Of a stretch of 64,000 nt of DNA, positions 1 through 13,808 are shown piece after piece. Under the pieces are notes generated by a model that did no database searches, was not told where the DNA came from, and was given only the letters and a program-made list of their open reading frames with translations. The stretch's first letter is position 1, and each line of letters begins with the position of its first letter. The position numbers were made by a program, and so were the translations under genes. The DNA is from Eledone cirrhosa (Eukaryota), in assembly GCA_964016885.1 (NCBI GenBank), contig OZ024765.1, positions 930,001-994,000 of the forward strand, written 5' to 3'.

Positions 1-14
1 AGCTCATCAATAAA

Positions 15-490
15 CCACCCAGCCATCCACCCACCCAACCATCCAACCAGTTTACCAACCATCCAACCAGTCAACCAGCCAGCCAGCCATCCACTCACCC
101 AACCATCCAACCATCCAACCAGTTATCCAACCATCCAGCCAGACAACCAGCCACCCAACCATCCACCACCCAGCCATCCACTCACTCAACCAACCAACCA
201 TCCAGCCAGTCAACCACCCCAGCCAACCGCCCGCCCAGCCATCCACTCACCAAACCACCCAACCATCCACCCAACCATCCAGCCAGTCAACCATCCAGCC
301 AGCCAACCACCCAACCACCCAACCAGTCAACCATCCACTCACCAAACCACCCAACCATCCAACCAGTTAGCCAACCATCCAACCACTCACCCAACCACCC
401 AACCACCCAACCAGCCAACCACCCAACCAGTCAACCATCCAACCACCCAACCACCCAACCATCCAACCAGCCACCGAACCCGCCAGTTGG
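15..490. repeat. Compound (CCAA/CCAT/CCAG)n tetranucleotide repeat
   Basis: Degenerate ccaa/ccat/ccag units throughout; accounts for the W/G-rich ORF 52..246. Confidence 0.9.
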
Positions 491-806
491 CCAACTCGCC
501 AGCCTGCACTTCACTTTTCTCTCAATCTGTCTTCAAGTGCCTTTCTAGAAACACGCATTCAACACACATCTACACACACACAGACCGGGATATACACGCA
601 GGAATATATATATATATGTGTGTGTATATATATATAGTCATACAGTCATGTAAATTATATACACACACATAAACACACATACATATATATTTATATATAA
701 CATATATAGTAAAAAAAGAATTAACACATACTAACGCGTATATATATATAATTTTCGTTGACAAATCAACTAGGCTGACGAACTCGTTTATACATACAGG
801 CTCTCC

Positions 807-873
<67 letters not shown>

Positions 874-1040
874 CTCACAAGCACGTGTATATTCACACAT
901 ACATATATATGTAAGTATATATGTAGATATATAGAGATATGTATGTATATGTGTGTGTGTGTGTATTTTTGGAGCTTAACTTCGTTTAATTAACTCTTAA
1001 TAAGGCACCTGCAACAATTCAAATTTCTCTCTCTCTCTCC

Positions 1041-1089
<49 letters not shown>

Positions 1090-1490
1090 TATACACACAC
1101 ACAACAGTTATTACCACGCGTTCATATCTTACAGTACAGTCAACTACACCTTATATAAACATACATACATATATATACTCTCGTGTGCTGGATATATAAA
1201 TATATATATACTGTGTCAAAGTTCAGTTTTGTGATTTTCTGTGCATTTAAGCAGTTCTTGAACCAAATCGGAAATCCTTTTAAAAACACTCAAAAAGCAA
1301 AGGAAAATTATACACCCACCCACGGATAATATACAAATATACATACATATTATATATACTGTGTACATATAAGATTTATATATATTTTTATATATACATT
1401 GTACATATAAAAGATATATATATTTATATATATGTATGTATACACGATTCACATGTGAGTAAATTTTCAGATTTTATAAACATTTATACA

Positions 1491-1570
1491 CAAGGTGTCC
1501 ACCCAAAAATGTATACACACTCTTATTAGAATGTTGTTGAAGTGTGTATACATTTTTGGGGAACACCCTG
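1491..1570. mobile_element. Tc1/mariner-type mini-MITE (about 80 bp hairpin)
   Basis: Ends CAAGGTGTCC...GAACACCCTG followed by TA; arms aaaaatgtatacacact / agtgtgtatacattttt are reverse complements. Partial relatives lie near 1988-2035 and 7475-7565. Confidence 0.7.
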
Positions 1571-1584
1571 TATATGTATTTTTT

Positions 1585-1735
1585 TCTATTGCTAGACTGG
1601 TTTCAATCTGTTGACTGCGGCCATGCTGGGGCAACGCCTTGATTTTAGTCGATCATATCGAACCACTGTATTTTATTTTTCACTGTCTGGTACTTATTTT
1701 ATCGATCCTGTTTTGTCGAACTACTAAGTTACGTT
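1585..1735 (-). mobile_element. Degenerate SINE fragment with a Meta-domain-like core
   Basis: Contains ctggtacttattttatcgatcc, the reverse complement of the core shared with the SINE copies at 42209 and 47901, but with different flanks. Confidence 0.5.
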
Positions 1736-1782
1736 TTATATACACCCCTGACACAAATATAAATACACACACACACACACAC

Positions 1783-1820
<38 letters not shown>

Positions 1821-2215
1821 CTGTACCGATTGTGTTGTTAGTTCTGTTAACCTATTACATACACACACACATATATGTGTGTGTGTGTATGTGTATATAG
1901 TGTATATATCCATATATATACATGTATGTGTGTCTATATATATCATAATTTGAATGATATATATACATATATATAAACACACACACACAGGGTGTCCCCC
2001 AAAATTGTATACACACTTCAAAAGCATTCTAATAAAAATCTGTACATATATATACATGTGTGTGGGGCGTGTATATAAATATATATACATTGTTCTAGGC
2101 TTGTTATATACGGCAGACAATCCTTTCTTAACAATTTCCTAGTTTTTCTTTCCTTAAAGTCGGCAACGTTACACATTTCTTTATATATCTCTTATCATAT
2201 ATCTCTTATCATATA

Positions 2216-2980
2216 TGTTGTGGTGGTGGCTGTAGTAGTGGTGGTGGTGGTGGATGTAGTAGTGGTGGTGGTGGCGGCTGTAGTGGTGGTGGTGGTGGTG
2301 GATGTAGTAGTGGTGGTGGTGGTGGCGGCTGTAGTGGTGGTGGTGGTGGATGTAGTAGTGGTGGTGGTGGCTGTAGTAGTGGTGGTGGTGGTGGCTGTAG
2401 TTGTGGTGGTAGTTGTAGTTGTGGTGGTAGTTGTAGTTGTGGTGGTGGCTGTATTAGTGGTGGTGGCTCTGGTTGTAGTAGTGGTGGTTGTAGTTGTGGT
2501 GGTGGTGGCTGTGGTTGTTGTAGTAGTGGTGGTAGTGGCTGTAGTGGTGGTTGCAGTTGTAGTTGTTATTATTGATGATGTTGCTGTAATTGTAGTTGTT
2601 GTTGTTGTTACTGTAGTTGTTGTGGTGGCTGTTGTAGTAGTTGTAGTAACTGTTATTGTTATAGTTGTGGTGGCTGTAATTGTTGTTATTGCAGTTGTTA
2701 TTGCTGTTGTTGTAGTTGTTGTAGTTATTGTCAGTGCCAGGTTTACCCTTGTGCTAAGGTGTCTTAAACCCAGGGACCCCCTTGGCCAGGTGGGGGGGAG
2801 CAAACTTCCTGTCAAAATAATTTGTTTCCTCCCTCGGGGCCCAAATAAGGGGTCTCACAACTCAACTAGCACAGGGCCTCATTTGTCCTAAATACCACAC
2901 TGGTTGTAGTAGTAGTGGTGGTTGTAGTAGTTGTAGTTGCTGTTGTAGTAGTTGTAATAGTAGTTGTTGTTGATGTTGTA
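2216..2980. repeat. (GTG/GTA/GTT)n trinucleotide repeat, interrupted at 2732-2902
   Basis: Source of the poly-V and poly-T ORFs. The GC-richer insert at 2732-2902 has weak cagtg...cactg termini and may be an old hAT-type MITE. Confidence 0.85.
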
Positions 2981-3189
2981 CTTGAAGAAAACACTTCATT
3001 TCACATTGCACCAGTATACTCAGCTGAAAATGAGTACCAGTAATAGCTGGGGGTTTAACCCTGTGCTGGACTAGTGTGCTATTCAGTTGGGGAAAGACTT
3101 GTACTTTCATTTGTTTAACTCCATGGAAACAGACATAAACCCCGGCCTGATGAATCTCTGGGTTCGAAACAGATTTTAGGGAGCAAAAT

Positions 3190-3490
3190 ACAAACCTTTT
3201 AAACCCTTTCATGAAGGGTAACCCCTTTATGTCACCCCTTTTAAATCCTTACATGAAAGGTAACCCTTACATTTCATCCCTTTTCAACCCTTATACGAAG
3301 GACAAAACTTTGTATACAATCCCTTTGAAACCTTATATGAGCAACAAAACTTTTTAATCGACCCCTTTAAAAACCCGACATGAAGAGCAAAACTTTCTAA
3401 TCCACCTCTTTTAAAATCTTTATATGAAGGGCAAAACTTTCTATCCCACCCCATATAAAACCCTACATGAAGGGCCAAACTTTACATGGT
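3190..3490. repeat. Degenerate minisatellite with a unit of about 40 bp
   Basis: About 7 diverged copies of ccttttaaacccttacatgaagggcaaaactt. Confidence 0.75.
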
Positions 3491-3993
3491 ACCCCAGTTT
3501 TACTTGTGACTTTTTATCAATGGAAGGTGTGTCAAGTGTCTAAGAGATTAGTCATAAAATTGTGAGTTTGACTCCCAGGTCAAACAAACATTGTGTCCTT
3601 GAGCAAGACACTTTACTTACAGTTGTGTCAGTCCCCTCGGCTGGAAATATTGTGTTATGATGACATCGGTGCAAGCTGTGTCAGCTTTTTGTATACACTA
3701 TAGTGTGAATATATATATATATATATATATGTAGATAAATCTACCAAGAGTTTACGGTAGTGTCCAATCCGTATGAAGAACTCAATGTATTCCGGATATC
3801 ATGGAAAGAAGAGATGTAATGAAAATCCACTGATCGTTAAATAGTGAACTTTTTTTGTTTAATATAAGGAATTGTTTGTTCATTATTTGTTTAATATTTT
3901 ATATATATATATATATATATAGTGTTTACTTAGTGTATATATATTGTGTGTGTATATATATATATATATAGTGTTTACATAGTGTATATATAT

Positions 3994-4029
<36 letters not shown>

Positions 4030-4034
<5 letters not shown>

Positions 4035-4290
4035 TCGTGTAGGTGTCACGACAAAAAAACACACAGTCCACGCTGTAATGTGGCCGTGTAGGCAACACGG
4101 TAAAAACCTCCCAGACCCACACTGTAAATGTGGTTGGTGTTAGGAAGGGCATCCAACTGTAGAAAACCTGCCAGACAGTCCTATGCGAGCAAGACAATCA
4201 CTCTTGCCTCAAGTGGGACTACCCCCGTCCAAACCCATGCAAGCGTGGAACACGGACGTTAAACGCTGATGATGATGATGATGATGATGA
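4030..4290 (+). mobile_element. SINE family B, 3' portion (variant subfamily)
   Basis: gttggtgttaggaagggcatcca core plus RTE-type tail ggacgttaaac(gat)n. Near-identical copies at 43290-43583 and 43890-44190. Confidence 0.85.
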
Positions 4291-4410
4291 TATATATATA
4301 TAGTAATAATAATAAATTTGAAGACTAGAATCCAAAGAGGGCTCCATAAGGATAAATATATATCAAATATATAAGAACCGTAGAGCAAATATTTATTAAA
4401 ATAACATTAA

Positions 4411-4461
4411 AGTTTAAGCAAAGAATCGCTGCTTTCACCCTTAACGGGATCTTCTGAAACT
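4411..4461 (-). ncRNA. Type I hammerhead-like motif with variant core CAGAAGA
   Basis: agttt-CAGAAGA-tccc gttaa gggt-GAAA-gca(gcgattctt)tgc-TT-aaact, with stems I, II and III pairing. Inverted partner at 4522-4572. Confidence 0.55.
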
Positions 4462-4583
4462 AAAAGAATCAATCTGTGAACGCAGAAGTAGATCGATTTT
4501 TTTTTTTTTTTTTTTTCTTTTAGTTTCAGAAAATCCTGTTAAGGGTGAAAGCAGCGATTCTTTGCTTAAACTTTAATCTGTTA

Positions 4584-4625
<42 letters not shown>

Positions 4626-5198
4626 TACTATATATACATACTATATATGCAGTGTTTATATAGAATGTATATATACTATATATTCATACTATATATACAC
4701 TGTGTATATATACAGTATGTATATATATTATATATACACTGTATATATATAGTATGTATATATACTATATATTTATAATATATATACACAGTGTATATAT
4801 ATAGTATATATATATATATATATATACATATACATACTATATATAAACAGAAATCCAACAAGCTTTTGATTCCCGAGTTGGGCCAGATCAATACATATCG
4901 AATCTTGAGCTGTGGTCCACCACACCTCAATAAATGTAATGAAACCCTCTGCTTTCATCATCCTCGTCACCTCTGCTTCTTTCCACCTTGTGGCCACTGC
5001 CTTCTTCCACCTCGTGGGCTCTGCCCTTTCCTATCAGCCAACTTCTCAAGGTCCCCAGCACTAGAATGAAGAACTACAGTGACCAGCTTTAAGGCCTTCT
5101 TTAAGTCAGCTTTCTAGGGGTGACCATGGTTAGGACTTCTTTAAGTCAGCTAATGGCCTTGAGCCTATAGTAGAAATCATTATTATTGTTATTATTAT

Positions 5199-5392
5199 GG
5201 TGGTGGTGGATTGGCAGGACATGTAGAGCATCGGACACCTTGCTTCGTGGCATATAATTACGGTCCTTTAAGTTCTGAATTCAAATCCCACAGAAGTTAA
5301 CTTCGCCTTTCATCCTTACAGGGTTTCAATAAAATAAAGTACCAGTAATACACTGGGGTAATTGCTGGCCTTGTGCCTAAATCAGAAACCAT
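5199..5392 (+). mobile_element. tRNA-derived SINE family A (MetaSINE-like), diverged copy
   Basis: B-box-like gaattcaaatcc, then gcctttcatcct...aaagtaccag core, the shared tail and a (tat)n run. Confidence 0.8.
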
Positions 5393-5397
5393 CATTA

Positions 5398-5428
<31 letters not shown>

Positions 5429-6771
5429 GGGCAAGGCCCTTTTCTCTGACTAAAAACTAAAAACAATGAAAATAAGACAAAACAAAAAAAACACCTCCTC
5501 CTACTTCTACCCTCCCCCACCTCCTCCCCACCTCCTCCTCCCCCACCTCCTCTCCTCCCTCTCTTTCCTGCTTCCTGTTTAAAATGTGTTGCTCTTGAGT
5601 CAGACTAAACCTTCGTTGTCACCAGAGCTTAACACATTGTTGGTGTTGTGGTTGTTAGTGGTGGTGTGGTGGTGGTGGTGGTGGTGTGGTTGGTGTGGTG
5701 GTGTGGTTGGTGTGGTGGTGGTGTGGTGGTGGTGGTGGTGGTGTGGTTGGTGTGGTGGTGTGGTTGGTGTGGTGGTGTGGTGGTGGTGGTGGTGTGGTGG
5801 TGATGTGGTGGTGGTGGTGGTGGTGGTGTGGTTGGTGGTGTGGTTGTTAGTGGTGGTGGTGTGGTGGTGGTATGGTTGTCAGTGGTGGTGGTGTGGTGGT
5901 GGTGTGGTTGGTGTGGTGGAGGTAGTGGGTGGGTGGTTGGTGTGGTGGTGTCACTAGACCTTAACATGTTGGTGGTGTTGTTAGTGGTGGTGTGGTGGTG
6001 GTGGTGGTGGTAGTGTCCATGTTGTCACTAGATCTTAACACATTGTTGTTGTGGTGGTGGTGGTCACCAGTGTTAGTGAAGGTATGGTGCTGGTGTTAGT
6101 GTTGTTGTTATCTTAACAACCAACTGTGGTGATGTTGTTGTTGTTGTTGTGGGTGTGGTGGTGGTGGTGTATATGCAAGCGTGGAAAAAAACATGTAAAA
6201 ACAACAATGATGATGATGATGATATAGAAATAATATTTACAGGTCTAGAACTGTTTCATTCATAAGAAATCATGAGGAATATCTTGATGAACTCAGTCGA
6301 ATGAAATAGTTCTAGTCCTGTATAAGTCATTCCTATAATAAAATAAATATACCTTTTTTTAACTGCCAGGAATCCACCTATATATGTACATACATATATA
6401 CATACATACATATATACATGCATATATATATATATACATATATACATGCATATATATATGTACATGCATATATATATATATACATACATATATACATGCA
6501 TATATATATATGTACATGCATGTATATATACATGCATATATATATATATATATATACATGCATGCATATATATATATATATACATGCATATATATACACA
6601 TGCATGCATATATATATGCATGCATATATATATATATATACATGCATATATATACACATGCATGCATATATATATACATGCATATATATATATATACATG
6701 CATGGATATATATATACATGCATATATATATGTACATGCATGCATATATATATATGTATATACTTACACAT

Positions 6772-6822
<51 letters not shown>

Positions 6823-7348
6823 TATACATATATATATAACAAAGGAAGTGTGTTACAGAACCAGGTGGACCATAACGCACCAGAATACTCGATACTTTGG
6901 GTAGTAGAGTGGGTAATAGGAAAAGAGTCAGGACCCCGTGTGGGCTGGGGGCTTTTTTGCCGTGACACCTCCGCGACCACTTTGCAGTGGGAGGGGGTCG
7001 GGGCAAGGCAAATAGATTATTAGTTTTGCACTTGATATAGTAGGAAATGGGTCTTAAGATTTTGGGTGTTAGTTCTTCAGAAAATAGAATGAGAAGTTAA
7101 GGAAGAAATAGATTCATTTAGAAAACAGGCAGTGATGGGAACAAAAAGGGACATTTTTTAGGGAAAAGAAACAAGAGGTCCATTCATATCGACATCTCTA
7201 GGAAAACTGTTAATGCTAGCATTTTGTGTAAGATAATCTTGTTTAAAAAGGCAGTGATCAAGCTTGTCTATCTGAAAAGACAAAAAAAATACTTTTTATA
7301 TATATATACCTGTATATATATATATATATGTATATATATATGTATGTG

Positions 7349-7468
<120 letters not shown>

Positions 7469-7687
7469 CACACACAGGGTGTCCCCAAATATGTGTATAC
7501 ACACTTTCATTACCTGATCAGGCAGAATTTATTAGAATGCTGTTAAATTGTGTATACATATTTTAGTTTACATCTGGAGAGAGAGAGAGTGTGTGGGTAT
7601 GAGACTATATATAGAGAGAGTGAGAGAGATAGAGAGAGAGAGTGTGTGGGTATGAGGCTATATATAGAGAGAGTGAGAAAGAGTGTG

Positions 7688-7725
<38 letters not shown>

Positions 7726-8745
7726 GTAGATATATATATATAGAGAGAAATACAGAGAGAGAGTGTAAGAGAGTGTGTGTGTATGTGAGGCAAAGATATA
7801 TATATATATATACTGTAAATGAGGTTGGTGTTAGGAAGGGCATCCAGCTGTAGAAACCAAGCCAGCATCAGTTCCCGTCCCACCCTCGCAAGCAGGGAAA
7901 AGCGGACGTAAAATGAAATGATGATGATGATGATATATATATTATATATATTATATATATATATATAGGTAGATATATATATATATAATATATAGGTAGA
8001 TATATATAATATATATATATATATATATCTAATATATATATATATATATATATGTAGATATATATATAATATATATATATATATATAGATATATATCTAC
8101 CTATATATATATATGTAGATATATATATAATATATATATATAGATATATATCTACCTATATATATATATATGTAGATATATAATATATATAATATATATA
8201 GAGAGAGAGATAGTGGTAGTAGATAGTATGTGAATATAACAAACAATCTCAGCTATACTACCACCACCACTACTACCACCACCATCAACACTGTCGCCAA
8301 TACTATCACTATACCACCACAACCACTGGCGCCAACAATACCACTATTCCTCCCCACCACCACCGCCACCACTGGCCCCACCACCACCACCACCACCGCC
8401 ACCACTGGCCCCACCACCACCGCCACCACTGGCCCCATCCTCAATATCAACAACAGTGACCTATGCTCTGTATTTGTTGTTCAACCTTTGTACTGTCCTT
8501 ATTGTATTGAGTACTTTGGTGGGGAGCTTGGAACACAATAGTGGTGGTGGTGTTGTGATAGTGTTGGTGGTGATAGCGGTATTTATATATATATATATAT
8601 ATATATAAATATATATATATATCTCTCTCTCTCTATATATATATATCTACATATATATATATAGGTAGATATATATCTATATATATATATTATATATATA
8701 TATATCTACATATATATATATATATATAGGTAGATATATATAGGT

Positions 8746-8788
<43 letters not shown>

Positions 8789-9139
8789 CTACCTATATAT
8801 TATATATATATATATCTACCTATATATATATAGGTAGATATATATATATAATATATATAATATCATCATCATCATCATTTCATTTTACGTCCGCTTTTCC
8901 CTGATTGCGAGGGTGGGACGGGAACTGATGCTGGGTTGGTTTCTACAGCTGGATGCCCTTCCTAACACCAACTTCATTTACAGTATATATATATATATCT
9001 TTGTCTCACATACACACACACTCTCTCACTCTCTCTTTGTATTTCTCTCTCTATATATATATCTACATATATATATCTACATATATATATCTACATATAT
9101 ATATCTACATATATATATCTACATATATATATCTACATA

Positions 9140-9520
9140 TATATAATGGAAAAATTTGAACAGGGACAAAACAGAGAGGCAGTACAACAAATGTTTATTA
9201 ATTTCACGCTCTGGAGAGTGGGGTGTTGGTGGGGGACGACGTTTCGGGCATAAGCCCTTCCTCAGGTGGGAAGTGTGTGGGAACAGAGTTCAAAGGGTGT
9301 GTAGGGGAGTGGTGGAGAGACATATAGCGAAAGGACAGAGGTAATGCGTGGAAGGAAAGACCAAGTGTGGGAAGGTGTGTAAAGTTCGGAGAAAGGTCAC
9401 GGCGGATTAGATCGGGGTTGAGCCGGTTGTTAAGTTATGTTCCAAGGAATGGAAGCCGTGTGAGCGTGTGTTATATATAATGGAAAAATTTGAACAGGGA
9501 CAAAACAGAGAGGCAGTACA
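9140..9520 (-). mobile_element. Retrozyme-like non-autonomous element: 334-bp monomer with terminal direct repeat
   Basis: taatggaaaaatttgaacagggacaaaacagagaggcagtaca occurs at 9144 and 9478 (period 334). It has an internal minimal hammerhead and an AATAAA on the minus strand near the 3' end. Confidence 0.75.
9235..9268 (-). ncRNA. Minimal type I hammerhead ribozyme (Penelope-type)
   Basis: cac-CTGAGGA-a-gggc ttat gccc-GAAACGTC-gtc with a palindromic ACGT stem III. Stem I has only 2 bp. Confidence 0.65.
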
Positions 9521-9741
9521 CACACACACACACATATATATATATATCACACTCTCTCTCTCACTCTCTCTATATATAGTCTCATACCCACACACTCTCT
9601 TTCTCACTCTCTCTCTGTCTCTCTCTCTCACTCTCTCTATATATAGTCTCATACCCACTCTCTCTCTCACTCTCTCTATATATAGTCTCATACCCACTCT
9701 CTCTCTCACTCTCTCTATATATAGTCTCATACCCACACACA

Positions 9742-9778
<37 letters not shown>

Positions 9779-10459
9779 TCTCACTCTCTCTATATATAGT
9801 CTCATACCCACTCTCTCTCTCTCTGTCTCTCTCTCTCTCTCACTCTCTCTATATATAGTCTCATACCCACTCTCTCTCTCTCTGTCTCTCTCTCTCTCTC
9901 ACTCTCTCTATATATAGTCTCATACCCACTCTCTCTCTCTCTGTCTCTCTCTCTCTCTCACTCTCTCTATATATAGTCTCATACCCACTCTCTCTCTCTC
10001 TCTCGCCAGATGTAAACATCCTGTCTTCATTCTCACAACTTTCTTGGTTATCATTGAAAGATAATTACTACTAATACTACTACCACCACCACTACTACTA
10101 ATACCACCACTACTACTAATACTACTACCACCACCACTACTACTAATACTACTAATACCACCACTACTACTAATACTACTACCACCACCACTACTACTAA
10201 TACTACTAATACCACCACTACTACTACTAATACTACTACCACTACCACTACTACTAATACTACTACCACCACTACTAATACTACTAATACCACCACTACT
10301 ACTACTAATACTACTACCACTACTACTACTACTAATACTACTACCAACACCACCACTACCACCACTACTACTACTACTACTACTGCCATCACTACTACCA
10401 ATATATATACCTCTACTACCTATATATATATATATGTATGTGTGTGCGTAGTGTATTGG

Positions 10460-10765
10460 AATTTCTAAAGAAATACGGTATGTTTATAAATAAGCATTTA
10501 AAAAGCCAAAGCTATGCAAAAATACCGACGGCTACTGCCACCTCCAGGTGTCCAGCAGAAGACTATCATTGATGCATTTCGAACTCCTGCTTGCGGGAGT
10601 GGTCGTCCTCATAAGAACCAGTTCGAAATGCATCAACGATTGTTCCCCTTGTTTCTGCTGGACACTGCCAGGGGGCAATAGCTGCCAGTATTTTTGCATA
10701 GCTATGGCTTTCTATGGCTTTCTAAATGTTTTTTTATAAACATACCGTATTTCTTTAGTAATACG
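10460..10765. repeat. Imperfect palindrome of about 300 bp
   Basis: Mirrored arms ctaaagaaatacggtatgtttataaa / tttataaacataccgtatttctttag, tgtccagcagaa / ttctgctggaca and ttgatgcatttcgaact / agttcgaaatgcatcaa. Confidence 0.85.
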
Positions 10766-10783
10766 AAATTGCAATACATATAT

Positions 10784-11172
10784 GGAGGCACATGGCTTAG
10801 TGGTTAGAGCATTGGCCTGGCAATCGAAAGGTTGTGAGTTCAATTCTCAGACCGGGTGATGTGTTATTTCCTTGAGCAAGACACTTTATTTCACATTGCT
10901 CCAGTTTACTCAGCTGTAGAAATGAGATGATAGGGACTGGGGTCCCTATCATTCCACTGCAAAGTCGTCGTGTAGGTGCCACGGCAAAAAGAAAACCCCA
11001 GCACTCACTGTAAATGAGGTTGGTGTTAGGAAGGGCATCCAGCCGTAGACAACCTGCCAGATACAGCTCTGTACGAGTGAGATACGGTCACCCGACCAAT
11101 CTTGCTTCAAATGGGACAATTTCCGTCTAACCCATGCTAGCGTGGAAGATAGACGTTAAACGATGATGATGA
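10784..11172 (+). mobile_element. tRNA-derived SINE family B, full length (CORE-like middle, RTE-derived tail)
   Basis: A box tggcttagtgg, B box gagttcaattct, ccttgagcaagacacttt core, aggaagggcatccagc block and a tail ending gacgttaaac(gat)n. Confidence 0.9.
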
Positions 11173-11187
11173 TATATATATATATAT

Positions 11188-11705
11188 ATCATCATCATCA
11201 TCGTTTAACGTCTATCTTCCACGCTAGCATGGGTTAGACGGGTTGTCCTGTTGCGGGCAGTGTCTGGTCGGCTGACCATGCCTTGCTCATACAGGAACTG
11301 ATTTGGCTTGATTTCTACAGCTGGATGCCCTTCCTAACACCAACCTCATTTACAGTGAGTGCTGGGTGCTTTTTCTTGGTGCCTACACGTCCACTTTACA
11401 GTGCGGGCTGGGTGCTTTTTTGGCGTGGCACCTCCACGACCACCTTGCAGTGGGAGGGTGTGGGGGCATATTGTCTATATGCTTCAGCTTGTACCCATGG
11501 GAGGTCGGGTACTCTGTATTACTGCGTGACGCCAGAGGTCACGGTCGTGTGTCATTCGCCTTTGAGAGGTGTAATTGGGTAAGGTCGGCTTTTATCACCT
11601 CATCCAAGGTCATCTTGGGCCTCCCTACTCCGCTGTTTCCATCGACTTCTAGTGCTCTGCACCTTTTTATACAGCTGTCATCCTTCATACGCATCACATG
11701 TCCAT
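11188..11705 (-). mobile_element. SINE B 3' part followed by an RTE LINE fragment
   Basis: Inverted SINE tail from 11188. Positions 11560-11705 on the minus strand encode [37 protein letters not shown], which is RTE C-terminal-like. Confidence 0.75.
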
Positions 11706-11768
11706 ATATATATATATATACTTACACCCTAGGTAGCACTTTTCTTCCATGTTTGAACATAAATAATA

Positions 11769-11826
<58 letters not shown>

Positions 11827-11957
11827 TATATATATACACACACACACATATATATATATACACACACACATATATATATATACACACACACATATATATA
11901 TACACACACACACATATATATGTAACACATAAAGCCTCTCTCTCTCTTTAGATATAT

Positions 11958-12005
<48 letters not shown>

Positions 12006-12109
12006 TATGTTGCTGGCTTGGCTGTACTGTAAGAACAAGACGTGATGGTCACGGTTGGCATGGTTTTACTGGCTCATGTTTGAGCTGGGTTTAACTATTA
12101 GTGACTGTC

Positions 12110-12143
<34 letters not shown>

Positions 12144-12168
12144 GTATATATATATGTATATATATATA

Positions 12169-12199
<31 letters not shown>

Positions 12200-12506
12200 G
12201 TGTGTGTATATATATATAGTTGGTAATTGTCATCAGGAAACAGTCACACATTCCACGTACACAAAACTGATTTTACACTCTCTCTCTATCTCTCTATATA
12301 CCTCTCTCTCTCTCTATCTCTCCTTTTCTCACTCTTTCTTCCTATATAACACACTTCTTCCTCTCTCTCTCTCTCTCCTTACTCCCTCCACTACCACCAC
12401 CTCCTCTCTTAAATGTCTGTCATTCACACGGAAACGGTTTTTAACATGACATGTGTGTGTGTGTGTTTTTATATATATACACACACATATATATATATAC
12501 ACACAC

Positions 12507-12539
<33 letters not shown>

Positions 12540-12565
12540 TATATAAAAATAGATCTTACCTTTTA

Positions 12566-12621
<56 letters not shown>

Positions 12622-12667
12622 CATAGTTTTTTGGGTGTGTCCATATCTCTGTCTATCTATGACCCTA

Positions 12668-12713
<46 letters not shown>

Positions 12714-12784
12714 CCCAGATATCTATCTATCAATATCCATTACAATGACTAAAAGTCTTTGTTATATATATGTCTGTGTGTGTA

Positions 12785-13808
<1,024 letters not shown>

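Larger units (their letters stand above)
7566..10017. repeat. Large imperfect inverted duplication (arms about 7566-8230 and 8600-10017)
   Basis: gtttacatctgg (7566) and ccagatgtaaac (10006) form the ends. The SINE tail and its simple-repeat flanks are mirrored, as in ORFs 7605..7883(-) and 8913..9146(+). Confidence 0.8.

Noticed and set aside
10784-10856. tRNA gene
   Set aside because: The A/B boxes belong to a SINE head that continues into SINE core and tail in multiple copies.
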